Source of the DNA: Camelus dromedarius
Lineage: Eukaryota
NCBI RefSeq assembly: GCF_036321535.1
Contig: NC_087436.1
Location: 68,450,001 to 68,514,000, forward strand
Reading direction: 5' to 3'
DNA length: 64,000 bases
Below the pieces are notes generated by a model that did not search any database, had not been told where the DNA came from, and worked only from the letters and a program-made list of their open reading frames with translations. Position numbers and translations under genes: made by a program. This document shows, one piece after another, positions 37,919 through 51,884 of this stretch (the first letter of the stretch is position 1; each line of letters begins with the position of its first letter).

Positions 37919-38937
37919 CCTTAGTATTTCTTTCAACTCATAGCTAAGGCTTATCTGCTTTGTTTAATAAAAGGGAGATCTATTTTGTTAATACATTCCA
38001 GTAAAAACAACTGGATTAGTAGTCAGAAGACCTAGGTATCCAATGACACACTTTATTTAACCTATATGTACCTTCTTCTTCATGAAACTGGAACTAATAC
38101 CTGTCCTATTCACCTTTCAAGATTTTTCATGAAAATTAAATGATATAAGGAACAGGCTGATGTAAATATGGAAACGTGATATAAGACAGAGAGGGCATTA
38201 TATATCAGTGCAGGGAAATGCTCTATTCAATACTGTTTAGATAGTCTGCACCATAATGACATACACTAATATATTTTAGAACACTAACATTTATATCAAT
38301 ACATCCCTAGCACCTTGTAGTTTCTCACACATAATATGTATTAAGTATTTTTTGAGTGAATGAATGAGTGAACGTTTATATCAAAGAGTAAAAACACATT
38401 AAGAATAATACCTCACTAGGTTGTTAGGACTCATGAGAATTCACTGAAAACACCTAGCAAATACTTGATATATAATAACCACTAAAAGATGTTAACTATT
38501 ATCATCTTATGAAGAAAAGAAATAAGATGTATTCCTGATTACTGAAGTAATATTAACTTCACCTAAAAGAAAGCAACTCAAACTATACATTTAAAAATGA
38601 TTCAGAAAATAAATTTTATGTAATGTGTTTTTACCACAATTTAAAATAAGGAAGCAATTGTTAGGTGACAATGATACTTACCTTATTAATCACTCACATC
38701 CCATGTGCCATATATTATTCCCCATTTGAAGATGAGGAAATATATTCAGAGAAGTATTTTGCCTGAGGTATCATCTAGCTAGCTAATGGCAGAGTGTGGA
38801 TTTACCACGAGGTCTGTCAGAATGCAGACTCCTTTATGCTAATTTTGCTGCTCTATAAATGAGTAAATAAAACATAGACAAACTATTATTAAAATGCCAA
38901 ACAAAAACAACTATATTGCACACATAACAGACATTAC

Positions 38938-39229
38938 CCAGAAGGATCAAGGTTTTTCTTCTTAGCCAAGTCTGCCTCATCACCTTCCAAAGACTCATTC
39001 TGGGGACAACTGGAAATTCCATCATGGTCAATAATTCCTCCAGAATCTTTAGCATTTAAAACTTTCTGTGCTCTTGAGCTGCCTTTAGCAGCTCTCTTCT
39101 GCATTTTCAATGGGACAGTTTTTTTCCCAATATTCTTAGATGATTGGTTTACTTCTTCAGCAGGTTTTCGTCTACTGTTGTGATACACTGACAATTCATT
39201 TCTTATTGAAGAATTGCTATAAAAAGGAT
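38938..39229 (-). CDS. CENPC: CENP-C exon (~10)
   Basis: cctttag|AT CCT..., (N)PFYSNSSIRNELSVYHNSRRK...EGDEADLAKKKNLDPS, GG|gtaatg. Confidence 0.95.
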
Positions 39230-40744
39230 CTAAAGGATCAAATGATAACCTGAAGTTAGTATAGTGTTTGGCCAGATTATCTGGCTCACTAAAATACCAA
39301 CATTATTTATATTTTAACATATAAACACATACCCCAATATCATAGGCAACATTTGTTTTCAAATTTAATTCATAAACTACGCATCGCTTCCATTTATAGA
39401 TACATGTACCAAACCTTTTAGATTAAACACAAGCTTCTAGAACCACCCTCTCCAGTTCTCCCCACTACTCTTCTAGCCATCCTTAAGATCCTGGTATTTC
39501 CGCCAATGTCCTAGCTTCATCTTCTCACTCCATGTACTCTCTCTGAGAGACCTATCTACCCATAACTTTAATTACTATGTACATGCTGATAACTATAATA
39601 TTCACCGACTACTCTCCCCCAAATCTACCCCTCCGATTTTGTTTTTATCAGTGAAACAACTATTTACCCAGATGCCTAAACTAGAAATCTGAGTCATCCA
39701 AAAATCCTGACCCTATTCATAAGCAATTCCTAAATTCTACTTTCTTTTAATGTCTCTCAAATCCTCTTCTTTTAAGCTCTGCTATCTGTCTTTAGCAGGG
39801 TCTTTCAAATCATTTCTTATCTGGATCATTAAAACAGCCTCTTAACTAATCTCCTTTCTCCAGCCTTGCCATTTTTCAATCCATCCCTTCACAGTGTTTC
39901 AAGAATCATCCTTGGAAAACAGAAGTTGGATCATTACAACCCTGGTTAGAATCTTTTAGTGATTACCTATAGCTTAAGGATTAAGTCTAAATATTTTCGA
40001 TACTAATTTATTACTACATCTGGAGTGCTTATTATGTTAACCACAACGCTCAACACTCTCCTCCAAACAAACAAACCAAAAAAAGGCAGGAGTACTGAAT
40101 TATCTGCATTTCTCTTAAGCACTGGTCTTAAAAGGTAGTCCAGTAGTCCCTAGAGCAGCAAATCAGCAACACCTGTGAATTTGTTTGAAATGAAACTTCT
40201 CAGGCCTTACCTCAGACTTACTAAATCAGAATTCTCAGAGTAGGGTCCTGTAATTTGTGTTTTAACAATTCCCCCAGATAATTCTGATGAAACAATTTTT
40301 AAAAGGTCAAGCCCTCAGCTACAGATCTCTGCACATGCTACTTCTGCTTGAAATATTCCATCCTTTCCCTCACCACATCCAATCACTTAGGTTACTCTTA
40401 ATTCATCGTTCAGGAAGCTTTCTCTAATTCCCAAGGCTAAATTGAGTAGCTCTCTCTCAATTCCTTTATAATGTTTATTATACATCTGATTGTTTTACTC
40501 ATCGCTCTCTTCCAGCAGACTGACAATTTCTTAAGACCAAGATTGGTGTTTTTACCTATCTTTATATTCCCAGTGCCTAACACCAGGGGCAGGACCGTGG
40601 TGAAGCAAGAGTAGCCTAGCTTGGAAAAATTTTTTTTTCTCAGTTTTACTGATATATAACTCACATGTAACACTGTACAAGTATAAGGGGTAAAACACAG
40701 TAATATGCTGTACAGTGCAAAATTATTATCAGAAAGTATATCCC

Positions 40745-41378
40745 TTTTTATTGACGCATAATTGATTTACAATGTTGTATTAGTTTCTGGCGTACAGCAT
40801 AATGATTGAGTTTACAGATATACTCTTTTTCATATTCTTTTCATAATAGGTTATTACAAGCTATTGACTGTAGTTCCCTGTGCTATACACAGGACCTTGC
40901 TGTTTATCTACTTTATGTGTAGTAGTTAGTATTTACAAATCCCATACTCCTAATTTATACTTCCCCACCTCTCTTTCCCTTTTGGTAGCCATGTTTATTT
41001 TCTACATCTGTGAGAACATTTCTGTTTTGTAAATAGATTCATTTATATTATTTTTTAGATTCCACATATAAGTGATAACATATATTTGTCTTTCCCTGTC
41101 TGTCCTACTTCACTTAGTATTATAATCTCTAGGTCCACCCATATTGCTGCAAATGGTATTATTTCATTCTTTTTATTGCTGAATAGTACTCCATTATATG
41201 TACTATACTACAACCTCTTTATACCACAACTTCTTTATATGCCCAGGAGTGGGACTGCTGGATCATATGGTAACTCTATTTTTAGTTTTTTAAGGAATCT
41301 CCATACTGCTTTCCCCAGTGGCTACACCAAATTACATCCCCACTAACAACGTAGGAGAGTTTCCTTTCCTCTACATCA
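40745..41378 (-). mobile_element. L1 3'-end fragment (sense to CENPC)
   Basis: ttgatttacaatgttgtattagtttctgg...agattccacatataagtgata...gctggatcatatggtaactctatttttag. Confidence 0.8.
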
Positions 41379-42136
41379 GAGGGTACATATTAAAAGTTCT
41401 CATAATGAAAAAATATAAATTCTAACTAGGGTGGAAAATTTAAGGTATTTACTCTGAGTCACTCACACAACCCTAAGACCAAGTGCCTTCTTAAACTTCC
41501 CATTCTAGGTTATTCACTTGCCTCATCTAGTCCTGGCCCAGCCTAAAACCATTCCTGCCTCACAGTGAGCATTCAGTTCTCGACATAAATAAAAAAGCAG
41601 CAGGATCACATAGATCAATAATCAAGAAATCTAGGTTCTATTGTTTTCTAATTCTAGCACAAAGGTCTATGACCTTAGGGGGAACTCAGGTTTCTTTTCT
41701 GGGCTTCAGACTTCTTCCATCAGATGAAGGAGTTTGGACTAGGTGATCTATAAGCATTCCTCCACTTGTGTGACTCCCTATTTGATCAGAAACCCAACAT
41801 GTTTCAGGACTGATATATTTTTCAGATCTTCTCTGGTAAGTTTTGGAGTTCTAGCATGCATATAGAAGCTCTGTAAGATTTTTATTTATCCATATATTTA
41901 CACACTCATTTACCACAGTACAGTTTCCAGCAACCTGAGGCAAAAAGATAAGTAGCAGTAACAGTAGTAGTTAATATTTTAATACTAAAAATACGCCATT
42001 TAATCCTTACAACAACTTAATGAGGTATAAGTATTGGTAATCACATTTTACAGAGTAAGCACCTGAACAAAATAATCTACTCAAAGTGGAGGAATCATAA
42101 TTTGAACTCAGATTTAACTCTAAAATCCAAGAGCTG

Positions 42137-42387
42137 TGGGGGTGGGAAGGGACAGACTGGGATTTCAAAATGTAGAATAGATAAACAAGATTGTACTGTG
42201 TAGCACAGGGAAATATATACAGGATCTTGTGGTGGCTCACAGCAAAAGAGAATGTGACAATGAAGGTATGTATGTTCATGTATAACTGAATAATCGTGCT
42301 CTACACTGGGATTTGACACAACATTGTAAAATGACATTAACTCAATAAAAAAAGTTTAAATAAGTGAATGAATAAATAAATAAATAA
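42137..42387 (+). mobile_element. Short L1 3'-UTR insertion with perfect 16-bp TSD, inside a MIR
   Basis: TSD taaaatccaagagctg at 42121-42136 and 42388-42403; colinear with the 3' UTR of the L1 at 10030-10250. Confidence 0.92.
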
Positions 42388-42585
42388 TAAAATCCAAGAG
42401 CTGCAACAGAATAAATATTTCTTACTTGACTACGATTTGATAATTTATAGCAACAATGCCTCACAGATGCAGTGCCATATATACACTAGTCTCTCACTTG
42501 CTGATCTAAATACTATCTTACTATATACCAATCTTTCCATTATCATCTCCTTTAAAAATACTTCCTAAATAATAAATATTTCATA

Positions 42586-43027
42586 TTATACAGAAAAGAC
42601 TTGGCACAGCAGGCCTAAGAATGCTATCCACTGAAAGGCCTGCTTGTAAAGTTAGCCCTTGGCTAGCATGTAGGAACTTGAATTTTAGGAGGGTTCCTAT
42701 CGTTTCCTAACTGCTAAGTGTGGTTTAGTGTGCCTAACTGCTTGTACAAAAAATACAGTTTATGACAAATACTTGCTTTTCTTCAGGGAGTCTGGAATTT
42801 CAGTACTTGCTAGGCAGAGGGTGCCTAGATGATCATCCCCAATAAAAATCTTGGGCACTAAACTTCTAATGAGCTTCCCTGATAGACAACATTTTACACA
42901 TTTGTCAAAACTCACTGCTAGAGGAACTAAGTGCCTCCCGTATGAATCTGCTGGGAGAGGGCTCTTGGAAGCTTACACATGATTTTCTTCACACTTTGCC
43001 CATGCAGTCTTTCTCTGCTGATTTTGG
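42586..43027 (+). mobile_element. ERVL LTR (MER68-like)
   Basis: cagaaaagacttggcacagcaggcctaagaatgctatcc...gctaggcagagggtgcct...aataaaaatcttgggcact. Confidence 0.75.
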
Positions 43028-43029
43028 TT

Positions 43030-45330
43030 TATATCTTTTTGCTATAACGTAACTTCAAACTTCTGTCATCACCTTTCTCACTTCACTTTGACCTGATGAC
43101 CCTTCTTACTATTTCACTGAGAAAACAATAATGGTCAGAAGGGAACATTTTCGTTGTGTGGCTGAGCCACACTGACTTCATTTTGTCAGCTCTATCTTGG
43201 TCCCTGCAGCCCTACCCGTCCCCTTTCTATGTGACTGAGATTTAGCCTACTCACAAGGAATGAGCCCAAGCCAGATAAGTTCCCTATCAACTTTTATCCC
43301 TGCCTTCACCTTACATGAAAATTGGAAGAACAACTTCTGTTGACACAGATGGTTAATGGTTATGAGACTCGTGGAGGGGAGAAAAAAAACCCTGGTTCCT
43401 GCCAGTGCCGACATGCTTCTTCTCCCTAGTAGTCAGATGTTATTTTCAGCTTTGGTCCCTATAAATTCCCTAGTACCCCTTCTGGCTGCACACAGTGAGC
43501 TATGAGTGCCTCTGGATCATCGTCCATCTGATACTGCCTGTATATAAGTTACCCAAAATAAACTTCATAATTGCACTTTAGGGAGTTGCCTGGTTCATTT
43601 TTCAGTCTCAAAGTTCCTTCTCAATTTGGAAGATACTATCCAATATTTCCGCCCCTCAACATTCATCGTCCCACCATCAACTCTATCTATCTACTTCCAA
43701 GTGTCACCGTGCACTCTGTCTTTCCTCTTTTACATGACATGATGTCCTTGCTCCTATCTAGGGCTAACCCGTTTACTATGCACTAGATCACATCCCTCTC
43801 CTTGCCTACACAAGGACTGATCCTGTATTTATCCTCTACCTTTCTATAAGGTCATTTTAACGAGCAGATAAACTGATGTAGCATCTTGTATATTAAAAAG
43901 GAGAGGGAGACCTTCCCTCAACCCCGTATCTGCCATGCCCCTTTATCTTACTCTCTCTCTTATCTCACTTACTACACCCTCTTGAACCCATTCCAGTCAG
44001 GCTTTTGATCTCATCATTCCACAGAAAGCATTTTTATCAAGGGGACCAACAACCTGCATGTCGCCAAAAACCATACTGTCAATTCTTAGCTCTCATCTAA
44101 TTGAGGCCATGAGCAGTATTTAAAATAGTTTATCTTCCACTCCTTAAAATGCTTTTATTACTTCACTTCTGTAATGCTTAGTTCTCCTCATTTTCCTTTT
44201 GTTTCACTAACTCTCCTTTTCAGTCTCTTCTGATGGACCTCCCTTTCTCCTCCCTACTCTTAACACTGGAGTCTTCCAGGACTCAATTCTTGGCTTTCCT
44301 TCTTCTCTAGGTACAGTCTACTACTAGGTGATTTTAAGCAGTCCCAAAGTTTTAAATATCATCTACATATTGATAAATCCCTAATTATGTCCTCACAGAT
44401 ATGTCACCGCAACTTTATAGACTCATTTATCAAGCTATCTCCTCAATATATCTATTTTGATATCTAATTAACATATCACAACCAGAAATCTTGATATCCT
44501 TCCCAAATCTGCTTCTCTCATACCTTTACTCATCTCAGCAAACAGTATATCCATTCTTCTAGTTTAGCAAAAAAAATCTGAATCATCCTAGACTCCAGCT
44601 CTCACTCTAATTCATCAGTACTTCCTGTGAGTTACCTTCAAAAAAATCCTGAATCCAACCATTTCCATTCTCTTCCCTCCAACCATCTCCCAACTATTCT
44701 CCATGTTCCCATTTTTGTCCAGCCCTACTTCTCTCCCTACATTGCAGTAAAAATAATCCTTCTAAAAGATGAGTCAATTAGGTCACTTTTATTGCTTAAA
44801 ATCCTCTAGTAGCTTTCCAATATACTTCATCTAAACTGTTTATCACAGCCTGCTTCTCTGACTTCATCTCCCAGGCTTGCTCTCTTCTTCAGCCATATTG
44901 ATCTTGACATTCCTCAAATACGCCAAGCATGGTCCATCAGTACTTTTACAAATACTGTTCCCTTGGTATGGAATGCTCCACACCAAATTATTTATATGGC
45001 TCCCTTCTTTTTCAGAGCTCCCTCTGCTTTTCAGAGCATATACGTGCTCTGAAAGATCCTAATCAACTCTCATTGCTACCTCTTATAAAAACAGTCTTCT
45101 GCTCCATTCTCCTATCTACTCCTACCCTTGCCATTTACTTCCCATTTCTAATTCTTAGCTGCTTTATTTTTTTAATGACCCATCACCAGGTGAATTATAT
45201 ATCTATATTGTTGGTCTTCCTCCAGTAGAATATAAGCCTATGAGAGCAGGGGTTTTTCACTTTTGGTTTTGTTTTTCTACAGCTGTATCCCTCTATCTAA
45301 AATACTGTATATGATCCAACCTCATGAATA
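43030..45330 (-). mobile_element. L2 LINE remnant, interrupted by a solo LTR
   Basis: cttactatttcactgagaaaa, ccattccagtcaggctttt and tagaatataagcctatgagagcaggg are L2-typical. Confidence 0.7.
43155..43661 (+). mobile_element. Solo ERVL-type LTR with 5-bp TSD
   Basis: TG...CA termini, AATAAA near 43557, flanks ttcgt / ttcat (one CpG-type mismatch). Confidence 0.7.
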
Positions 45331-45463
45331 TCTTTATAATTAATTAGTTATTTCTATTGATGACCCAATTTAATTTTTTCCTCACTAGATTTTTCTTAAG
45401 AGAATAAGGGTATAAATCAAACAGCCTGTTATAAATAAACATAATTTAAATAAAAATACTTAC

Positions 45464-45655
45464 TCTGCTCTGATTTTACCACCCACCAATTAGATGGACG
45501 CCTGGAAATTCTTCGACTTCTTGTGACAGTTGAAGTAACTTCTTCAGGTGCAATTTTGTTCTTCTTGGACCCACCTGAAAAACACTTCTTTTTGCATTCC
45601 TTATCTTTTTTCTGATTCTCTGTATGAGGAACACTGGTGTTACCTTTCTTGCTTC
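45464..45655 (-). CDS. CENPC: CENP-C exon (~9), central-domain CENP-A nucleosome-binding motif
   Basis: gttttag|GA AGC..., (G)SKKGNTSV...PEEVTSTVTRSRRISRRPSNWWVVKSEQ, A|gtaagt. Confidence 0.97.
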
Positions 45656-46545
45656 CTAAAACAAAGAAAATCATAAAATAATTCGAAGTCTACTGAACCA
45701 AAGAATACTCAGAAAACCACAACAGTTAAAAAACACTTGATTATAGGAACTTCTTAAGTTTATCCTGTTTTCATCTCTATCTTTTTTTAAAGTCACATCT
45801 TCTCAGTAAGATCTACAACTTTCTATCAGTTAAATGCAAACTTTTCACATTGCTTCATAGCTAGCATATACTCTTGAGTCAAAAAAAAAGCAGTATACTC
45901 TGAAAAGGTAAAATGAAATATATGGGCCCTTCCACTACTTACCAATGACCTGTGTTGAAAAAAAAAAAAAGGTAACTACCACTTTTCTGCTGTGAAATAA
46001 TTCATGATTTTTGTCAATCTAATTTATAGAAGAGAAGCCTTAAGTAAGTTTTCAATGAAGAGACCTTTCCCATATGAAGGAAAGAGACTGTTTCTTTGAA
46101 CAGAATTTAAAGAGGAAATGGAATTTGGAAAACAACGAATGTAGCAAGCAATAAACGGCTAATGAAAAAGTTTAGCATCAAGAATGATTTCCTCTTACTA
46201 CAAAGGCAGGTAGGTAAGAAAAGATCTAAAAAGGAACAGATAAATTCTAGTTTTGTTTTTGTGACTGAAAACCAGAAGAAGGGGATATCAGGGAAATACA
46301 GACTACTTTAATTATTGCATCTAAAAAGGGTACAACCACCAAAATGAGTTTAAAAATTGAAAATTTCTTTTTTTCAGAAAGAAAATGAAAACATTAGATG
46401 TTAGCAGGCATAATGAAAATTTTTTTGACCAGAATTTTTAAGTTCCTGACCAAAGATTTCTATGATATCCAAACAAGGAATTAAAATCATATCAAGTAGG
46501 AAACTTTCATAGAGTAAATAAACTGCATGAAAGTATGTCAGACCA

Positions 46546-49395
46546 GGGGGAATGGCCAAGATGGCAGAGAAGGAAGACCCTGAGCTCACTTCCTCCCACA
46601 GGCACGCTAAAATTATAACTCTTTACAGAGCAACTATTGATAAGAATGATGTGAAGACTAGCCGAAAAGACCTTCTACAACTAAAGATATCAAGAAGGAA
46701 CCACAAGACAGGTAGGAGGGGCAGAAGTGAGGGATAGTCAAGACCCACGCTGGGCAACTCACAAATAGAAGGATAATTACAATTGTATAATTCTCCCCAG
46801 AGAACTAGGGGTCCAAGCCCAACACTGGGCTCCCCAGTCTGAGTTTTCTCCACCAGGAAGGCAAGTCCCTAGAATGTATGGCTTTGAAGGCCAGCAGGCT
46901 TACTTTCAGGAGAATCAGAGGGCTATAGGAAATAGAGACTCCACTCTTAACAGGCAAAGGCATTGTAATTAAATCGGCAAAATCTCAAATGCTCCAAGAC
47001 CCAGAGCAGACGCAGTAACTTGAAAGGAGCCTGGGTCATACCCACGTGCTGATCTTGGAGAGCCTCCCACAGAGGCAGGAGGCAACTGGAGCTTACCCTG
47101 GGGACACAGACGCCAGTTGCAGCCATTCTGGGGAGTTGTTCTTCCAGAAGAACACTGGTGGTGGCAAGCACGATTTCGGAATCCTCCCTCTAGCTTATTA
47201 GTGCCAGGTCTCGGCTCCTCTCACTAGCTGGTTGGCACCAGTCCTGGGATGCCCCAGGACAAGAAGCTAGCCTAGTGGGGACACAGCCCCACTCACCAGT
47301 GGGCCAGCACTAGCCCCTGGATCTCTTGGACCCCACAGTCAGCCACTGGGACTCAGCCCTGCCCACCATCAGGCTGACACCGGCTCCAGGAATCCTGGGA
47401 CCCCACAGCCAGAAACGCAAGGAGCCAGCTCTGCCAGACAGTGAAACAACACAAGCTCCAGGATACCCTGGACCCCACAGCCACCAATAACAGAAACCAG
47501 CCCTGCCTACCAGCAAATCAACACCAGCCCCAGGGCCACCCCTGACCCCCCAGGTCACAGCCTTGCCCACCAGCAGGCCAACACTAGCTCCAAAACCCCC
47601 AGCACTACAGTCAGCCATACCAGGACCTGGCCCCGCCCATCAGCAGCCAGCAGCCTCCATACTAGGCAGGACCAGACAACCAATGAGACTTGGGGCAAGT
47701 CATGCCTACCAGTGCACCCACAGTAGTCAGTCACCACAACACAAGGGCCAACTCAACCCAAAGAGGGTATCGTTAGAGCATACAGATCTGGTGACCAGAG
47801 GGGAGTGCATTGGACACCTCCTATAGAAAGCCACTAATCCAAGATCGGAAACGTAACCAACCTACCAAACACACAGAAATAAAAAGAGAATTAACAAAAT
47901 GAGGTGACAGAGGAATATGTTCTAAACAAAGGAACAAGACAAAACCTTAGAAAAATTAACTGAAGTGGTAATAAGCAATCTACCCAAAAAGAGTTGAAGA
48001 TAATGATCTTAATAAAGATGCTCAAAGAACTAAGATGAATGAATGAACACACTGAGAAATTAGAAGTTTCTAACAAAGACTTAAAAATATAAAGAAGGAC
48101 CAGAACTGAAGAATACAATAACTAAAATAAAAAATATGTTAAAAGGAATCAACAGTAGATTAGATGCTACAAAGGAATGGATCAGTGAACTGTAAGGGAA
48201 AAGCAACTAGTTACATACAAGGGAACTTCCATAAGGCTATCAGCTGACTTTTCAGCAGAAATTCTGCAGGCAAAAAGGGAGTAGCAGAATACATTTAAAG
48301 CTACAACCAAGATTCTATCCAGCAAGGCTATCATTCAGATTTGAATGAGTTTTATAGACAAGCAAAAGCTAAGAGTTCAGCACCATGAAATCAACTTCAC
48401 AACAAGTGTTAAAGAGACTTCTCTAAGTAGAAAAGACCACAATTAGGAATATAAAAATTATGAAGGGAAAAATCTCATTGATAAAGGCAAATATACAGTA
48501 AAGATACTAGATCAACCACTCATAATAGTAGTAGAAAGGTTAAAAGACAAAAGTAGTAAATTATCTACATCCTCAAGTAGTTAAGGTATAAATACTGTAC
48601 ACATGATGTCAAAAATTTTTAAATATGGTGAAGGGGGAGTGAAAATGATCTGCTGTTAAGATGCATTCAAACTTAAGAGATCAGTAACTTAAAATACTGT
48701 GTGTGTGTATGTGTGTACAGAGAGAGAGGGAGAGAGGGAGATTGCTATACATAAACCTCATGTTAACCACAAGCCAAAAATCCATAACAGGTACACACAC
48801 AAAAAGGAGAAAAGAATCCAAACATAACACTAAAGATAGGCATCAAATCACAAGGGAAGACAAAAGAAGGAACATAAAATATCTACTAAAACAAGCCAAA
48901 AAAAAAAAAAATTAACAAAATGCAGTAAGTAAATACTATCAATAATTACTCTAAATGTAAATGAATTAAATGCTCCAATCAAAAGAAACAGAGTTACTAA
49001 ATAGATATAAAAACAAGACCCATGCAGATGCTACCTACAAGAGACTCACACTTCAGATCTAAAGACAGACACAGACTGAAAGTGAGGGGACAGAAAAAAG
49101 GTATTCCATGCAAATGGAAATCAAAAGAAAGCTGGGGTAGCAATACTTATTTCAGACAAAATAGACTCTAAAACAAAAACTATAACAAGAAACAAAGAAC
49201 ATTATATAATGATCAAGAGGTCAATCCAAGAAGACATACCAACTGTAAATATATATGCATCCAACACAGGTGCACCTAAATATGTAAAGCAAATATTAAT
49301 GGATATAAAGGGAGAAACTGACAGTAACAGCAATATAGGGAACTTTGCATCCCATTTAAATCAATGGATAGATCATCCAGACAGAAAATCAACTT
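46546..49395 (+). mobile_element. L1 5' portion (5' UTR, deleted ORF1, endonuclease start of ORF2), 3'-truncated
   Basis: Starts gggggaatggccAAGATGGC (YY1-type site), followed by a GC-rich repeat-bearing UTR, ORF1 remnants and endonuclease remnants (aatgtaaatgaattaaatgctccaatcaaaaga; ctacaagagactcac). Confidence 0.88.
47230..47650 (+). repeat. Degenerate ~60-70-bp tandem array in L1 5' UTR
   Basis: About 6 units of the form cac(c/t)agc(t/c)cc(a/t)gg...ggaccccacagcca...gccctgcccaccagc. Confidence 0.75.
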
Positions 49396-51884
49396 GGGGA
49401 ATATGGAGATAGTCACCAAAATTTATAGATGAAATGAGGAAAAGTAATCAAGAAGACACAAAAGTAAATCAAACAAAGAAACATGGCAGAGAACCAGAAT
49501 ATTACAGCATCATGTATTAACCAGTGTTTAATTAGGCTAGAATGAAAACTGCACCTTAGTCATCTTTATTACCTACAGCATATAATATTGTGTATGGTGC
49601 ACAATAAAAAGTCATCAAAATAATGAATTTAGGGTGAAGCCTGTATTTCACTAGGCAATGATAACAGCAAAATTGCTACCTAGCATAAGCTATTTTAGAT
49701 GCTCATCTAAATTGTGACACCCAAAATGTGGTTCACAAACCAGTTATATCAGCATCACCTGGGATAGAATGTTTAGAAATACAGATTTTGGATCTCACTC
49801 CAGACATACTTAATCAACTTATTTATCAGTATTTTAACAAGACTCTCGAGAGAATCCAAAAGCACATGCAAGTATGAAAAGCACTGTTCTAAGTGCTTAG
49901 TCATTCTCCCAGTTAAATTTGATTGGGGAGTAAAGGGACAGAGAATGAAATGAAGCAAATTCTGTCAAGATCCCATAAAGCAGTATCACTCTCTGACTCT
50001 ATTTTGAGAATAAGTTATAGGATTTGTCAATACTTAAAATTTGGGACAAAGAGAACTGATTCATGCTGATAAAAAGAGTAAAAGAAGAATATTAGCCTTA
50101 ATTATACTGAGCCAGGTACAAAAATCTTGAGAAAAAGAGAATATAATCTACTTTACCAATATTGTGCTTAATAACAGTATCAACCAATATTTTGGAAGTG
50201 GTGAGAATGGGAGACACTTAAATAGTCACCACAAAGCATAAATCTGACAGTAAGTAAGATCTTTTAGGGAATGGATATAGAAAATAATAAAGAGTCAAAT
50301 TTATAAAACACTAAAGCAAGGATAAGAACTTTGAACGTGTCTGCCACTGAGCAGTAGTTTAAGTAAGTACCTGTACAACAGCAAGAATCTTCACTGACAA
50401 GTAGCATTTTTCTGCCCCCTACATCTCCACCCTCATCTCTCTTCTCCAACTCCTTTTCTTCTGTTTGTTCCCTTTTTTTCTTCCCTTATGTTTGTCAAAA
50501 ATATCCTCAGAAACTGCTCTAACAAATGAAATGGACTCAGGATGACAGAGATTACTATCCATGTTCATGAATCGATTTAAAAAAAAAAACAGAAAAAAAA
50601 CAATCTGAACAATGATTTAGGGCAAAAGAATTCAAGGGAAAAATGCTATTATCAAAGATTTGGACCATGTTACAGAAAAAAAAAAATCATACAAAGTGAA
50701 AAACAGAACAATTAAGAACACCATTTCAGAATCTAGTTCTAGATCAGGAAAGGTTAGAAACTGAATGACAATGAACTTAGAAAACTAATAAACAGGAACA
50801 TATATAGAAGACAAAACTGATACATGAAACAGCTGGTTATGTGAAGAGAGTTAAAACTGAGGGGATATATGTCATAAGCACGGCAATAGTTAGAAAAAAA
50901 AATAAGTGATTACTGTAGAAAATTTTGTGTATTTACATGTAAAGGAGTAGGATTCTGAAGATGAGGCATGTTTTAATAAACACAAAAAAGTATTTATCAA
51001 AAATAGAGTAATACTTCTGTCACTGTTGATAATATATTTTAGTGACCCACAAAACTACTAAGGCTAAGATCTGGGGACTACTTTAGGAATAGCATAGATA
51101 CAGTCCCTATTCTCATACAGATTTCAGTCTAGACTCTAGAATACAAGACATATTCAGCAAGTAATTATATGGTAAAATGAAAAGTGCTATTGAAGCATAC
51201 ACAGGAACATACAGGGTTGAGGGATATTAATCAAGAAAAGTGCTATTTATACTGAGTATAAAGCTTGGTAGGGAACCCAGGGAATTTAGGAAAAATTTTC
51301 TAAGCAAAAGGAAGTGCATATTAAAAGGCCCACAGTTGAGAAAGTGGTCTGTTTATGGAACTGGAAAAAATTCATTACAAAGCAACCCAGAAGATACATC
51401 TGCAGAGGGAGACAAAAGTAAGAGGGTATGTGCATAAACTGCTACAATAATCCAAGAAATAAATTACTCTATAGTTGGCTAAGGGGAGTAGCAGGAGGAA
51501 TGGAGAAAAGTAATATATTTGAAAGCTACTTAGGGAGAAGTCAAAAGACTTATTGATTTTATATGGGTTGCTAGGTAAAGGAAACAGGAGTTAAGGATGA
51601 ATTAGATTTCTTTCTTGAGCTAATAGATTCATTATGGCTCCATTTATGAAGATACTGAAAACTAGAGGAGGAACAAGTTTGGAGGAATTTAGTTTCCAAT
51701 ATGATCAGTTTGAGAAGTCTGTGAGACAACAAAAGTGGAAAAGTCTATTTGCTCAATCTAAGTCATCAGTTTAGGCATTACAAGTATGTCAAGTGCCCTG
51801 TTAATTAAAGGAAAATTATCTTCAGAGTAAAAAAATTTCTTTGAAATTAACTTATCTCCATCTTTAGTCTTTGACAACTGATAC

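Noticed and set aside
43148..43165. Possible CENP-B box (TTCGTTG...)
   Set aside because: Only the TTCG half matches; the required A..CGGG part is absent, and the site is an LTR junction.
47310..47826. GC-rich ORFs of 60-102 aa on both strands
   Set aside because: They arise from the stop-poor tandem array in the L1 5' UTR.
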